64,000 bases of DNA from Protoeuglena noctilucae (GCA_958009085.1 OY253670.1:124001-188000); one strand, 5' to 3'. Positions 37,601-50,742 are shown, counted from the stretch's first letter. A program made the numbers and translations. The notes: generated by a model not told the origin, from the letters alone.

Positions 37601-40337
37601 TGGCGACAGTCTTACCTCACGCCCCGCCCTGCCCTCGCCCATCGCAGATCGGCCGCAAGGACGCCCACTTCAAGCAGGTGCTCGCGTGGACCTCCAAGTC
37701 TGCCACGGCGGCCAACGTGCTCCAGGCAGTGCTGAACCCCCTGGATGTCGCCTCGGGGGGCCTTGTGCTGGACACAGTGGCGGCACTGCCCCCGGCCATG
37801 CTGGCCAAGGTCCACAGGTGTGAGGGCGCAATGCTACCGCAATACAGAGCAGTGCAGAGCTGGGCATGGTGTGCATGCAGGCACGGGGACGAAGGCTACC
37901 TGGCCCGGATGGGTACAAGAATGCTTTCATCGACGGTCGTTGACGCGCGCGCCGCCCTACCTAGCTGTGCGCGACGCCCGCCCTGCTGCGTCGTCCCCGC
38001 AGCCCCCAGGAGCTCGACTTCGTGGTCAAGTGGTTCAACCGCGCCCCCGAGAGCGTGGCGGCCGTGGCCAAGTTCATCGAGAGCAACCCCACGCTCAGCC
38101 TGCCCCAGGTCTCGCGCGCTCCCCTGGCCATCCTGTCCAAGTGCACCAAGCAGGAGCACGTCGACTGGCTCTTCCGATCCACCAAGGCGGGTTGTGGGGG
38201 GTCGTGCGAAAGCCCAGAGCAGCGCGCATTGCGCCGCGTGGGTCGCCCGCACACTCGCTCACCTACCACCACACCTGCTCATCCACCACGCCTGCCGGCA
38301 GACAGAGTCTCTATTTCTCCTCAACTATGACGCTTTCCGCCCCGCCCCCAGGTCGTGTCCTCCAACCGAGAGATGCTCAACATCGCGACCGTGATGCTCG
38401 ACCAGAAAGTCTTGGACCTCGACACCTTCTCCCTCATACCCCTAAGCGTCCTGGCCGAAGTGCGCACCGTGGAGCAGATGCACATCGTCGTGCGACTCGC
38501 CCCGCTCCTGGGCGAGATGTACGTGCCGCTCCACAAGCTCAGCCCGGAGAAGACCTGGCGTAGGCCCACACAGGTGGGGAGCCCGGCATGCATGCCCCCG
38601 CCCACCCGCTGCCTCCACGCCACCCGTGAACCAGTCCTCCTCACCACCCTAGCACCGCCCATCATCGACCCGACCCACGTAACTCACTTCGCGGTGAGGC
38701 CGCGGGGGGGTGCTGGAGTTACTGCCGAGATGTCTTCGTCTCTCTTCTCCCAGGGCGAGTTCGGCGCCATCTTCCAGGCGGAGATGGCGGGCGCCGCCGT
38801 GGCCTGCAAGCTCCCCTTTAAGGTTGATGACTGGTTGGACTTGACGATCCAGGAGATCCTGACTCTGGGCAAGCTGCCGCCCCACCCGGCCATCGTGCCG
38901 CTCTACGGCATCACCCTCAAGCTGCACCGGGGGGACATCGACCTCTTTCTGCTCATGGAGGTGAGGAGGGACAGAGAACGCACGGTTGGATGATGACCGG
39001 TATGTTTGACACACACGGAACGTGGCTTCTGCGCGCTATGGAGCCACGAGAAATGTGCCATCAAGGTTCCTCGCGCAATGACGTCATCGCCCACGTGGCG
39101 TGGCATGGCCAGCGGGTCTCTGAAGCTGAGCGCGTGACATTCACCCCCCGGTCCTTCCCGCCTCGCAGTTCTGTCCCCAGGGCAACGCGGCCCGCTTCCT
39201 GGCCCCCGTCAACGCCACGAACGGCACCTGGGTGGACCGCTTCGCCGTGCTGCTGAGCGTGGCGGAGGGCATGGCCCACATGCACAACCACAACCCGCCC
39301 ATCGTGCACCGGGACCTGAAGCCCGAGAACGTGCTCCTTAAGGAGCGGCCCAAGAAGGTCCAGGACGGCGGGAAGTGGCAGGGCGTCATCACCGACTTCG
39401 GCCTCGCGCGGCTCAAGCAGGGGGAGGTGCTCAAGACCAAAGTCGCGGGAACGGACCGGTGCGGGCGCGGCATCGATGGTCCGCCGCCTGTGTGCACGAG
39501 ACACGCACGCGCGCACTCTGTCGGAGCGGCACACGATGCCGGGCGATTCGTTTAGATACATGAATGATCCTCGCCTGACGCAGGTACATGGCCCCCGAGT
39601 GCTTCCTTCCTCAGAACGAGGGCGGCGGCGTCAGTGAGCCCGCCGATGTCTTTTCGTTTGGGATGGTGTGCTGGGCCATCCTGACGGGCAAGCTGCCCTT
39701 CGAGGGGACCATCTCCGACGACTCGGAGAAGGGGTGGATCGAGGCAAGGGGCGGCGGGGGAGCTGGCGGCAGGGTAGACGAGGTGTGAGGTGGGGCGGTC
39801 CGACAACGCACGCCAAGTTTCGCCGCAGGTGTTCAAGCTGGTGGTGGAGGAGGGCAAGCGGCCCGACGAGTTCTCCCCGTGGCCCAAGCAAGTGCCCCCG
39901 GAGGTGCGGGAGCTGGTGCGGCAGTGCTGGGCCCAGAAGCGCCAGGCCCGGCCGACCTTCAACGACATCTGCCACGACCTGCACCAGCTGACGCGGCACT
40001 ACCGGCTCTGCGGGCCGGACGCCAAGGAGCCGAGGTCCAGCGCCCCGGACAAGGGCGGGAAGCGCGGGGGCTTCCTCGGGTAGGGCATATCCCTGCCTCT
40101 GCGTTCGTAGACAGGCCGGCGACATGCGCCCGCCTTGCTAGGCACATTCCTCTTTTCCCCCCGCTGTTGTCGAGTCCCAGTTGTGATCCGCGGTGCGTGA
40201 TCCATACCGACGAGCCTTTTTGCGTCTTCTTCACGCCGGCCCCGCGGTTGCTCTGCAGCATACCGAGCAAATCCGTCCGCTACGCTTTGGACGCGCCCTG
40301 GCCGCCTCGTGGAATGATGTATGAGTACAACTCCTGA
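34683..40337 (+). CDS. Large TKL-like Ser/Thr protein kinase with long low-complexity and helical N-terminal region
   Basis: QGEFGAIF, VACK, HPAIVPLYG, GMAHMHNHNPPIVHRDLKPENVL, ITDFGLAR, GTDRYMAPE, DVFSFG, CWAQKRQARPTF. An intron (GG|GTAGGG...CTGCAG) gives a last exon ending YEYNS-TGA at 40337. Confidence 0.85.
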
Positions 40338-40568
40338 CAGAGGAGTTACATCACCCTCGCCACCCTGGTCACATAGAAGAGAAAAAAGAGATGTGCTGCA
40401 GCGCTGGTACACGGGCACGGGGCGCGGGTTGATATGGTCTGCAAGGCGGTGTGACGACCTCGACATGTGCACTCATCGACATATACGGCACCTGGCTGAC
40501 ACTGCGACGCTCCTCTGCAGCTCCGAGTGCGATCCCTATCCTTGTGCTGACCTGGAGGGGCGTGGGGG

Positions 40569-41708
40569 ATGGCGGCGACCTCGCGGGCCTCCGGGGGTCT
40601 GGTGTACGCCTTGATAGCGAGGGGCACGGCTGTGCTGGCGGAACATGGGGTCCCAGGCTGCCCGGCCAACGCCGGTAAGCGCAGCCAGGGTTTGGCCTCC
40701 CTGCGGCCGCGCGCGCAGTCCGCGAGGTCGCGATGCAGCGTCCACGCTTTTTTTGTATCCATCCCTGCCATGATAGAGTTTCTGCCGGCTTTCCGAAGCC
40801 CCTGTGCTGCGCGGGCCCCCCGAGGGGACGCTGCTCACGGACTGCCCACGCAGGCGCGACTTCGCAGCAGATCCTCGCGCAGCTGTCCTCGTCGGACACT
40901 CGAGTGACCTATGCGCAGCTCTCGTACGTCTTCAGGCAAGTTTCACCGCCCGCGCGCCCCGCCTTGGTCACCCAGTGCATTTTAAGGCTTCCCGCGGGGC
41001 CCCCGCCGACCAGCGTCCCCCCGACCGTCACCGCAGCATCCGTCAAGAGAATGGGATGGTGTTCCTGTGCATGGCCCAGGGACAGCAGCCCCAGGGCCGC
41101 AGCGTGGCGTTCGCGTTCCTGGAGGACATCAAGGCACGGCCCACGCTGCCGCGCAGCGCGCGCTCCAGCGCCGTTTCCCGGCCCATAACAAACGGTGCTC
41201 GCGTGCGCTACACAGGAGCGCTTCTTCCAGCAGCACTCCCACCACATGGCGTCCGTGCCGCCCTACAGCCTCACAAGCGAGCTGGGCCCGGTCCTGGCGG
41301 AGCGCATGGCGCACTACTCCAACGCGGCCGAGGCCGACGCGCTGCAGAAGGTCAAGGCCGACCTGGATCACGTGCGGTCCATCATGCTGGACAACGTGGA
41401 CCGGGTGCTGGAGCGGGGAGAGCGCATCGACACCCTCGTGTCCAAGGCAGACCACCTGTCCTTCGACGCCATGAACTTCAGGCGAGCGACGCGACGCGAC
41501 GCCGATGCCGATGCTAGCGCCTGGCTGGGAGGGGGCCACGAGAACGGTCGCAACGGTTGCGACTGCCCGCAGGACCGAGGCCCGGCGGCTCCGCCGGACC
41601 ATGCAGTGGCGCCAAATCCGCTACATCATCATCCTGTGCGTCGGCGGCACCTTCCTCCTGTACCTCTTGCTGGCCCTGATTTGCGGGTGGGGCTTCGGCC
41701 GCTGCTGA
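40569..41708 (+). CDS. VAMP7: VAMP7/VAMP71-type longin R-SNARE
   Basis: LVYALIARGTAVLAEH, FLCMA..VAFAFLEDIK (longin); VRSIMLDNVDRVLERGERIDTLVSKA (SNARE); C-terminal TM. Three of four introns are GC-AG. Confidence 0.95.
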
Positions 41709-41775
41709 GAGGGCGGAGGGGCAGGACATGAGAGCTCAACCTCCATGTGAATTACAGTCCGACTTCGTTTCAACG

Positions 41776-42307
41776 TCACTCGCGTTCGACTTCGATAGTC
41801 GCTTTGAGTCCCTCCTCGACCACGCGCAGCAGCAGGTCGATGTTGGGGTGCGAGCCGGGCGCGCCCTTCGCCTCTGCGACGTACTCGTCGTACCTGCGGC
41901 CATCATGACAATCGTACCTTTTTGTCAATCGTCTACTTAAGTCCCTGGACGTCTGCAATCGAGGCCCTGAGACCGCACCAGAGCAGCGCCTCCCGGGCCC
42001 CCGTGGCGTCCAGCCGCCCGCCGTGCCGAAGGCCGATGGCGTGGTAAATCGCGACGCTTGCGGCCTTCCCGGGCTTGTTCTCAATGCTCCAATCCAGCTC
42101 GGGGATCTGTGCGGGGCGAAAAGGCCAATAAGAGCTGCATACCGATGGACAGCCCGACGGAGAGGTGCCAAGCGCGCCGCCACTCGCCCGAATACGCTTG
42201 ACGTCCGCCACTGATGGGAGCTGAGCGACGTTTTCCTTCATCGCGCGTGTCGATAGCTGACGATACCTCCCCGACGCGGCATATGCTGCCCACGCTCGCA
42301 GCTGCAT
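41776..42307 (-). CDS. DUF2322-like small protein (bacterial-type family), two introns
   Basis: MKENVAQLPSVADV..IENKPGKAASVAIYHAI..GGRLDATGAREALLWYDEYVAEAKGAPGSHPNIDLLLRV resembles my recollection of proteobacterial DUF2322 (NL.QLP..IENKPGK.GS..HPNIDRL). Confidence 0.7.
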
Positions 42308-42599
42308 CTTGGGGAGCCCTGGTCACGCGATGCTATGTAGACGCCAATCAGGGTGTCCAGCAAGGGTGAATTATGACGGATGCGCGCCTGGCAGGGGGCC
42401 GCTGATCATGGCGCAACGAAACGAGCTGTCAGTGTGCATGAAACGCTGCCCCAACATTCAATGCGCTTGAAATGCTGATTGAGGCATATGAAGACAGGGC
42501 CAGATCACGGACGTGCGGCCACAGCAGTAGGGAGACGGGGCTGGCACGCCAGGGCACAGATATCGTAACGAGAGGCACTACACTCCCTGCCAACCTTTC

Positions 42600-45500
42600 T
42601 CAGGGACCCAGCCGCAGCACTCGTCGCAAGGGCTCCGTGACAGGAATGAGGCCCATCTCCCTGCCCTGTTCCGTCCAGAAGACTGCAGAGCAAGGGACCA
42701 ACAGCGCACGTCCGCATTGGCAACGCACATGGGCAACACCCAGACGCTGTGCCCTGCTATCCACAGCGCACGTCGCGTGCCCCCCTCGCCTGTGTAGTTG
42801 CCCAGCACGCCAGGAACCATGCGGCGCAGCACGCCCTCCACTCCCGCCCCCGCAGAGTGCGCGACCCTGCGAGCGCAGCGCGTCGCAGTCACTGTAAGTA
42901 GGATCGGTGACACCACTGGTAGAGAATGTAGATGATCCTGTCCAGCAGGCCCTCACCAAAGAATTTGCAGGGCACGTTCCAGCCACGGTGTGGCCCATGC
43001 CTCCAGGTGCCGGTAGTGGCGGGACCATAGTTTGGCCAAAACATAAGACACGGCGGCGACGACCAGCAGGACCTGGGGCAGCCTGCGGGAACGACGAAGC
43101 GGCAGCGCGGCGCCGTGAGGTGCGGCACCGCAGCGGCTGCCAACCTGACCAGCAGAACCCACGCACGACGACCCATACTGCACCTCGCCTGTATTCGGCC
43201 CCAATGCCCAGAAGGAACGCGCGGATGTGGCCAAGCAGGGACCCCACGGCGCGCACGAGGCCCGCCGCCAGGCTGTGCACCGCCAGGGCAAGACGCAGCG
43301 CCGCACGCGCGACCCACAGCGCAGCCCCCAGGAGCCACAGGCCCAGGCGGGGCAGCCAGAGGGCGACCCCGAACAGGCTGCGGGTAGCGGGAGGGTCCGG
43401 GCGTCGAGCTGCGCCGAACAGCTGCAGTGGTGGCAGCTGGCCCTGGGCGCGTTGCCACCTCACCTTAACACCGCCTCTGCCGCCCAGAGGATCCCCCGCG
43501 CAACCCGCATGGCCAGCCGTTGTCCGTGAATTAGCGCGCCGTACCAAGCGAGGCGGAACTCGCCCTCCCCAAGGGCCAGGGCGCCCGCCATCTCCGCGGC
43601 CGGCGGGCGCTTGGCCGGGTCGTGCGACAGGCACCGGCTCGCCGCGTGAGCCGCGAAGCGCACTCCCTCGTGATCCCACGGCCCCGCGCGCTTGTCCCCG
43701 AGCCCACGTGCGGCCCCGTACTCCCGCCAGCCCTTGTCCAGGTGAGCTGTCGTGGGCGCGTGCGGCACGACTGCAGAGGTGCGACAGAGGGGCCTGCTTG
43801 GAGCCATTCGCAGACGCCGACGCTGGCTGGGCCGATCCGGTCAGACATTGCGGCGCTCGCCACCTGTGTACTGCACTCGATGTCCCGCAGGTGCCTCGAA
43901 GCCCAGGGCCAGCCACAGCTCGCTGAGTGATGGCGACAGCATGAACTGGAAGGTCGCCCAGTGGACGGCTGTCGCCCACCACCCCCGCCGTCGCATCTTC
44001 ATCTGCCACGCCACCCGCTTGCGCCTGCGGAACTCCTCCACGCTCTCCTGCGAGCGCGTGATCGCAGAGTCGACGCTCACATCACCGCCTGCAAGCATCT
44101 CAGCCACCCGCCTGCGCCGACCACAGCCTATTGGCTCGCCTGGGTCTCTGTTTGCACGTCCTGCAGCCACAGTGTCTCCACGAGCCGCTTCCCCCGTAAC
44201 GCCTCCCACACCATCACCCCCAGCGCCCAGACGTCCGACGGCGGTCCCCGCCCCAGCCCCCGCGCCTGCACGGCCTTCACGGACGCACGCACTCGCGCCC
44301 CATGCTCCCGCCCCGCCACCTCCTCCTCCTCCTCCCCGTGCCCTGCCCCCGCGTGTGGCCGGCGCCGGGTGCGCCCCGTCATGGCCCGCCCGGCCGCCAG
44401 CAGCGCGGGCGCGCGGTGAATCGCCTCAGGGGCCACGTAAGCCCACCCCCGCTCGTCGTTCCGGATCATCGCGCGCCCGTGGTAGCCCCCCGGCCCCATC
44501 AGGGCCTCCCCCAGCAAGTCGTGGGCCCACCCGACCAGCACAGCGCGCCCGTCCGGCGCCACGATGACGCTGGCGGGGTGCAGGTCCCAGTGAACCACGC
44601 CTGCATTGGCATAAGATGCCATGTGGGCGTCACGGTGGGCATCTACGGGGGCATCTCTCCGCTCGGCAGCACCGGCAGCTCACCGGCCCGATGGAGCGCC
44701 TCCAGGCCCAGCGCTGTGTCGTGCAGGGCGCGCAGTCGCTCGCGCCACTGCATGGTGTCCTCAGGGACCCTGTGCCCAAACAGCCTCCCCTCGAGCGTCA
44801 TGCCCGGCACCAACTCGCTCACCACCGCCGCTGCCTCCCCACAGGAACCCACGAGCCGGCACACGTGGGGCGACTCGATCGCAGGGAGGGACCGGGCAGT
44901 AGCCAGGAAGCAATCGATTTGCGCGTGAGTGGGCTGGCCAGCCACGCGGAACCGTTTGACAGCCACGTCCCCACCGTCCAGCTTGCCCTGCGTGACGGGG
45001 CACGTTGAAAGGGTCCCTTAGCGGAGCGGGAAGCAGCGCGATGGGCTGTCATGGTTCGCGTCACGCACCCAGAACACGTCAGCCACCGCGCTGCTCGACA
45101 GAAGGCGTCCCCAGGCCCTCCCGTTGGCGTACGTCGCCATATCAAGGTCTTCGGCCGATAGCTCCTGCGCCGTGATTGATGGGGGCCGAGAATTGACGGC
45201 GATGGTGAATCGACCGTTCTTGCTACCGACACGTCATGCCTTCACCCAGGATAATCGCCCCGCGGTGACCAGCCAACGTGAACTGCATGCCATTACCCCT
45301 TTGCTTGCCAGGCCTGTGGCCCGTGATCACTTCAGGACACGCAACCTTGTGCACCATAGCTTTACCTGAGGTTTGCGCCCGCGGAACGGCGACCCGGGGG
45401 CCTTCAACCCCCGGCCCTCGCGGGGCATCGCCTTCGGGCCCGGCTGAAGGCAGAGCCTCCGTCTGCAGGTGGCCGGCTTTTCCCAGCCGATCGTGTCATC

Positions 45501-45645
45501 CCGCCCTCACAACGTCATCGTGCTATCCCTCGCTATGGCTCGGCACATCCAAAATGCGAGCAGCATTTCAGGCAGGGCCACGCTTTCCTTACGCTTCTTG
45601 GTGCAGGATGCGAAACGTGTCTTCCAAAAGTGCAACGCGTCGCAT
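42600..45645 (-). CDS. RLK/Pelle (IRAK)-like pseudokinase with C-terminal hydrophobic segments
   Basis: LSAEDLDMAT, GKLDGGDVAVKRF, HVCRLVGSC, VVSELVPGMTLEGRLF, MQWRERLRALHDTALGLEALH, VVHWDLHPASV, YVAPE, SDVWALGV, DKRAGPW..CLSHDPAKRP. Ends VLRLGP-TGA. Confidence 0.75.
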
Positions 45646-46181
45646 TTGCCCCGTCACGGATCGAGAACCCAGTGCAACCCGTGAATTCTTGCAAGTCTGG
45701 CGGTTTCACGGTCAGACTTCATGAAAGAGCCGTCCGAGTTGCCGGGCAGAGCATTGGCAAAAGAGAGAAAGCACGTCGACAAATGCGCCGCGCCGAACTG
45801 CACAGCCACGCCGCGCACTTGGGGGCAAAAAGCAGCTGAGGACCGAGTGAGACCGCCGGTCGCTGCAGCGGAGAGTATTACATTTCCCCCGGAAGACGAC
45901 CGCCGAGCGGAGAGCGGCCGGGCGGGCTCGGAGGCCACTGTCCCCACCCGGGGCGCGAGGTGCGTGGGAGAATGGCGGGCGGCGGCGCACCAGTCACTCA
46001 TGTTCCATTTACGCTGTCATTGCGGAGCGCTGCGCGACTCGCGGCGCCCTGGAGAGGCGCGGGGACTTGCGTGCCCTGGTCGCCGCCCGCAACCCGTCGG
46101 CCCGCCGCGCCCCCCTCGCTGCCGGGCTCTCGCCGGAGTCGCCTGGTTCTGGCGTTCGTGCAGGGGTGATTGGGAGGCGCC

Positions 46182-47349
46182 ATGCCGCAGAACGAGTACA
46201 TGGAGCTTCACAAGAAGCGGTACGGGCAGAGGCTGGACTTTGAGGAGCGCAAGCGCAAGGTGAGGCCCGCGCGCGAAGGCCCTGCGGTATCTAACGCGGC
46301 CGCATGAAGACGCCGACAAGATGCGGCGCGAGATGGGAGCTCGCCGGCCCATGATGGGGTGCTGCCGGGCCCTGCTGTCTGCAGAAGGAGGCGCGCGAGG
46401 TGCACAAGCGCGCCGAGTACGCGAGGAAAGCGCTGGGTATCAAGGGTAAGATGTTCGCGAAGAAGAGGCACGCGGAGAAGATTCAGATGAAGAAGACGAT
46501 CGCGATGCACGAGGAGTCGGACAAGAAGCACCGCGTCGAGGACGGGCAGCCCAAGGCGAGGGCCCGTGCGGCGTGGATGTGCAGAGGCAGTTTGCGGAAC
46601 GGAGGGCGACGGGCGGGGTCACCGGCCCAGGCGCGCGTGCGGCCTCTGACCCCCATCGGTGCGCTGTCCTGCAGAATGCCGTGCCCACGTACCTGCTGGA
46701 CCGTGAGCAGGCGGACCGCGCCAAGGTGCTGAGCAACACCATCAAGCAGAAGCGGAAGGAGAAGGCGGGCAAGTGGGAGGTGCCCCTGCCCAAGGTGCGG
46801 GGTATCGCCGAGGACGAGATGTTCAAGGTCATGAAGAGCGGGAAGCGGCAGAAGAAGTCGTGGAAGCGCATGGTCACCAAGGTCACGTTCGTGGGACAGG
46901 GCTTCACGCGCAAGCCCCCCAAGTACGAGCGCTTCATCCGCCCCACGGGCCTGCGGATGACCAAGGTGGGGGCTGGCACGACGCGGAAGCAGGCTGGCGA
47001 CGGGAGGCTCTGCTCAGACCAGCGTAGCGTTGAGCGGGGTCAGCCACCACCTGTGCACCGCTCTCCCATGACTGACCGACGATGTCGCGTGGCCCACCGC
47101 TCCCAGGCGCACGTGACGCACCCGGAGCTCAAGGCGACCTTCTGCCTCAACATCATTGGGGTGAAGAAGAACCCCAACGGGCAGATGTACACGGGGCTGG
47201 GGGTGATGACCAAGGGGACGGTCATCGAGGTGGACGTCTCGGAGCTGGGGCTCGTGACGCCGGCGGGGAAGGTGGTGTGGGGCAAGTACGCGCAGATCAC
47301 GAACAACCCGGAGAACGACGGGTGCATCAACGCCGTCCTTCTGGTATGA
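46182..47349 (+). CDS. NSA2: Ribosome biogenesis protein NSA2
   Basis: [61 protein letters not shown]. Three introns, one GC-AG at 46556. Confidence 0.98.
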
Positions 47350-47688
47350 GGGGGCACCATCATTGCTGCGCCCCCCTGGGTCGCTCGCTTGCAGTGACGC
47401 CCGCATGTTGGTTTTTTTACGGCGTTGCTCTAGCGCTTGAACTGAGATGGGGCGACTGACTGACGCGGGCGGGTCACAGAGTGCGACGAAGCCGGCGGCT
47501 GCAGCGAGGTTCCAGCATGGGGCAGCCCTGCCTCAGTTCTTGGCAAGCTTGCCGCCTGGGACCTAGATGTCGTCGTCAAACTTTCCATGTTTACTTAGCG
47601 AAGACAATTGACTTGTACCGCGATGCGCCGGGCGTGACATGCTGCGCATGCTGTGGGGTCGTATCCAGGGAAGCGCTGCGATATCAAG

Positions 47689-49825
47689 ATGCCGGAGAGG
47701 TCTTGCCTGTGGGGATGGACGGTGTGGACCTGTTGGTGAGAGCGGAGCAGTTCGAGGGCTCCCTTGGGGCAAATGCACACACAGAAAACGCTTTGCATTT
47801 GGCTTCCATGCAGGCTCCTCGTCACGCCCCTGATCTTCCTCTACTACGCCCTCAAGGTCTATGTTTGGGGTTTCCTCAGCATCTACCTGCGAAGGGCGGG
47901 CACCCAACTCTTCTGCGGCCTGTGCATCCTTTGCGGGTGGACCTATGTCGACAAGGACTTTAATGGAGACGCAGCCATCGTCGGTGGGACTAAGAAGGGC
48001 GGGGATTTCAGGCAAGGGTGCCAAATCAGGATCTGCCTGGCGCAGAGGGATGCATGCGACAGCGCGAGGGATGCATGTCGTCCTGTGCACTCGCAGCAAC
48101 ATCTTGGCGAGCGTGGATATGAAGGACGTGCGCTGGCTGCGGATCGGCGAGGTCTGCCGATCGATGGGGTACCTGGACGGCAAGGACGTGCCGCTGTTAT
48201 TCGCCGAGAAGATCGAGCCTGCGGACATCCTGCAGGGGGGCCTGGGGGACTGCTGGCTCCTGGCAGGCATCGCGAGCGTCGCCATGCACCCGCACCTCAT
48301 CCGGCGGATATTCGTGCAGCGCGAGTACAGCCCCACGGGACGCTACAAGCTGAGGCAAGTGCAAGCTCCAGGGGACAGGTCAACCAGAGGCCTGTCGAAG
48401 TGCACTCTTGCGTCAGGTCCATCCTGCTACCCTCGCTGTGCCGTTCAGGCTTTATGACCGGGAGACGCTCCAGCCGAGGACGGTCGTCGTGGACGACCGC
48501 ATTCCCTGCGACAAGGACGGGCAGCCGCTGTTTGCCAAGCCGAACGGGAAGGAGGCGTGGGTGCTCCTGTTGGAGAAGGCGTTCGCCAAGATGTGGGGGT
48601 CCTACCAAGCCCTGGACGGGTGCGCAGACGCGGCCGGCAAGGGCTCAACGGCTTGCATCACGCCATCGTAAGAATGGCAATATCCACCTAGGCCGCCCCT
48701 GGTTCCCTTCGCAGGGGCCTGACCGAGTGGGCCATTCAGTCGATGCTCGGCTGCCCTTCCATCTACTACCGTCGCAAGGCGAACGTGTGGGTGCGTGTGG
48801 CGGTGCATGGCCCCGTGGAGGAGGCCAAAAAGCAAGTGGGTGAGTGCCTCACCCACTGCCAACAGTCTCTGACACCGCAGCCGGCCAAAGTGACGCCTGC
48901 GGGGTCGTCACTGGTCTCGCTGGCTTCCCCGCCCGCGCAGGCAAGTCGGTTACGAACGATGAGATGTTCAAAGTCCTGTCGCTGTTCCTCAAGCTCGGGT
49001 CGCTCGTCTCGACGTCGATGCACGACGAGGAAGCGGGGCTGGAGCACGTCAACACGTGAGTGCTGACTCGCAATCTGAGCCGTGACATGGGATGCTGCGA
49101 CATGCGGCTGAGCCAGAGCTTCCTTGGACACCGTCGCACGCAGCCACGGCCTCGTCAACGCGCACGCCTACTCGCTGTTGCGCACGGTGAGTGCCAAGGC
49201 CCAGGACGGCACGAAGGTGCGGCTGGTGTCTCTCCGCAATCCTTGGGGACGCGGCGAGTGGGAGGGCGCGTGGTCAGACAACTCTCCGATGTGGGAACAG
49301 AACCCGAAAGTCAAAGAGGCGGCCAACGTCGTGGCCAAGGGTGAGGGCGAGCACTGCTACGGTGACCGTCTCCCTGGCTTAAACAGCACCCACCCCGACC
49401 CTCCCCTGCCCTGCCTTCAGATGACGGCTCCTTCTGGATGCCGTGGGATGAGTTCTCGCGTTCATTCGAGATGGTGCAAGTGATGGCGAGGGACCTGGGG
49501 GCTAAGAACTTGCTGATGGACTATGACGAGAGCCGGCCGTGCCTGGGGCCCCTCGCAGGGTGCACCTGTGGACTACTGTCCTACTGGTGAGTCGGGGAGG
49601 GCGCGGTGCATGGGTCTCCTGTCCTGCCACGAAGCCATGCGACAGGCTGCTGTCTTAAGAGAGGCCCATCTGCACGACCTCACCGTCACCCGCAGCTGCT
49701 GCTGCGTGGGCTGCCGCGCCGTATGTTGCGCGGCCGAAGCGGACTACGTGGCCGAGACGGGGCCGACAGATGCCAAGTGCCTCAGTCGGCGGTGGTGGTA
49801 CAACCACCTCGTGTCGTCCGAGTGA
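47689..49825 (+). CDS. Calpain-family cysteine protease (CysPc) with N-terminal hydrophobic segment and Cys-rich tail
   Basis: Catalytic triad motifs QGGLGDCWLLA, HAYSLL, LRNPWG..EWEGAWSD; also VVVDDRIP, WVLLLEKAFAK and DDGSFWM. Confidence 0.92.
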
Positions 49826-49913
49826 AGCTAGAAAGCCGAGAGTGACCGGAGCTGCTCCAGCTGCAAACTTGAAAACGTTAAGCGGAAAGCATGCGACGCG
49901 ATGCGCGTGCTTC

Positions 49914-50742
49914 TCAGCGCACCGGCACCTCCTGGGGCCTGTCGTCCCCCTCTTCCTCCTCCTTCTCCTTCTCCTTCTTCTTCTTGTCCTTGTCCTTGTC
50001 CTTCTCCTTGTCGGGGCTGTCCTCCCCGGGCTCAGGCTCCTCGCGGCGCTTTCGCTCCTCCTGCGAGAGACGGGCAAAGATACGCACGTTGCGTCGGGAC
50101 CGAGGGGCGCGCCGCGGGAAACGCGGCCGCGCATGGCAGGGGGCAGTTCGCTGGCTGCTTGGCGAGTGTGCACAGTGCGATTCCTTCACCTCCTCGAGCT
50201 CCTCTTCGTCCGGAAGCTCAGGATCCCCCGGCATCGGTTTTGGGTCGGGATGCTTGAGGCGCTCGAACTCGGGGAAGATGTCGGGGCGGCGAGAGGGCAC
50301 GGGCGTCATCCACTCCTGGGGGAAGTCGAGGGTGGACCGCTCCTTCTCCGTCTCCGGAATCTGCAAGCGCAAATATCGCCGCACGTCAGCATGCGGCCGG
50401 CCGCCGCTGCCGAGCCCGCGCGCGCCGCGGAAGCCGATGTTGGGACCCGGCACAACCCATCCGCGAGCGCGTCGGCGGCGCGGTCCCGGGGAGGCACGAC
50501 GACGTGGGCCTGTCAAGAAGCACGCAACAGTAGCCTAACGACACGCGGAGGCCGGCGAGTCCACTCACGCAGGGGTCCGGGTACGTCCGGGCGACCACCA
50601 GCCTGCCCCGCGAGGCAGACGTCAATGGAGCAACGGCAGTCTCCAGTGCCACCGAGGCTGGCCTCGGCGCGGATGTGCTGGGCCTGCTCGAGCAGCCGAG
50701 CGGGGCTGCTAGGCCCCAGGGACGAGCCGCCGACGCCAACAT
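49914..50742 (-). CDS. Small acidic protein with probable plastid transit peptide
   Basis: S/A/R-rich N-terminus, then YPDP|IPETEKERSTLDFPQEW..RRPDIFPEF..PMPGDPELPDEEE and an E/K/D tail. Resembles an uncharacterised green-lineage protein (recollection only). Confidence 0.7.

Noticed and set aside
40081..40083. TAG as the stop of the TKL kinase
   Set aside because: It overlaps a plausible donor (GG|GTAGGG). Splicing to CTGCAG near 40258 gives a coding-like last exon ending in TGA.
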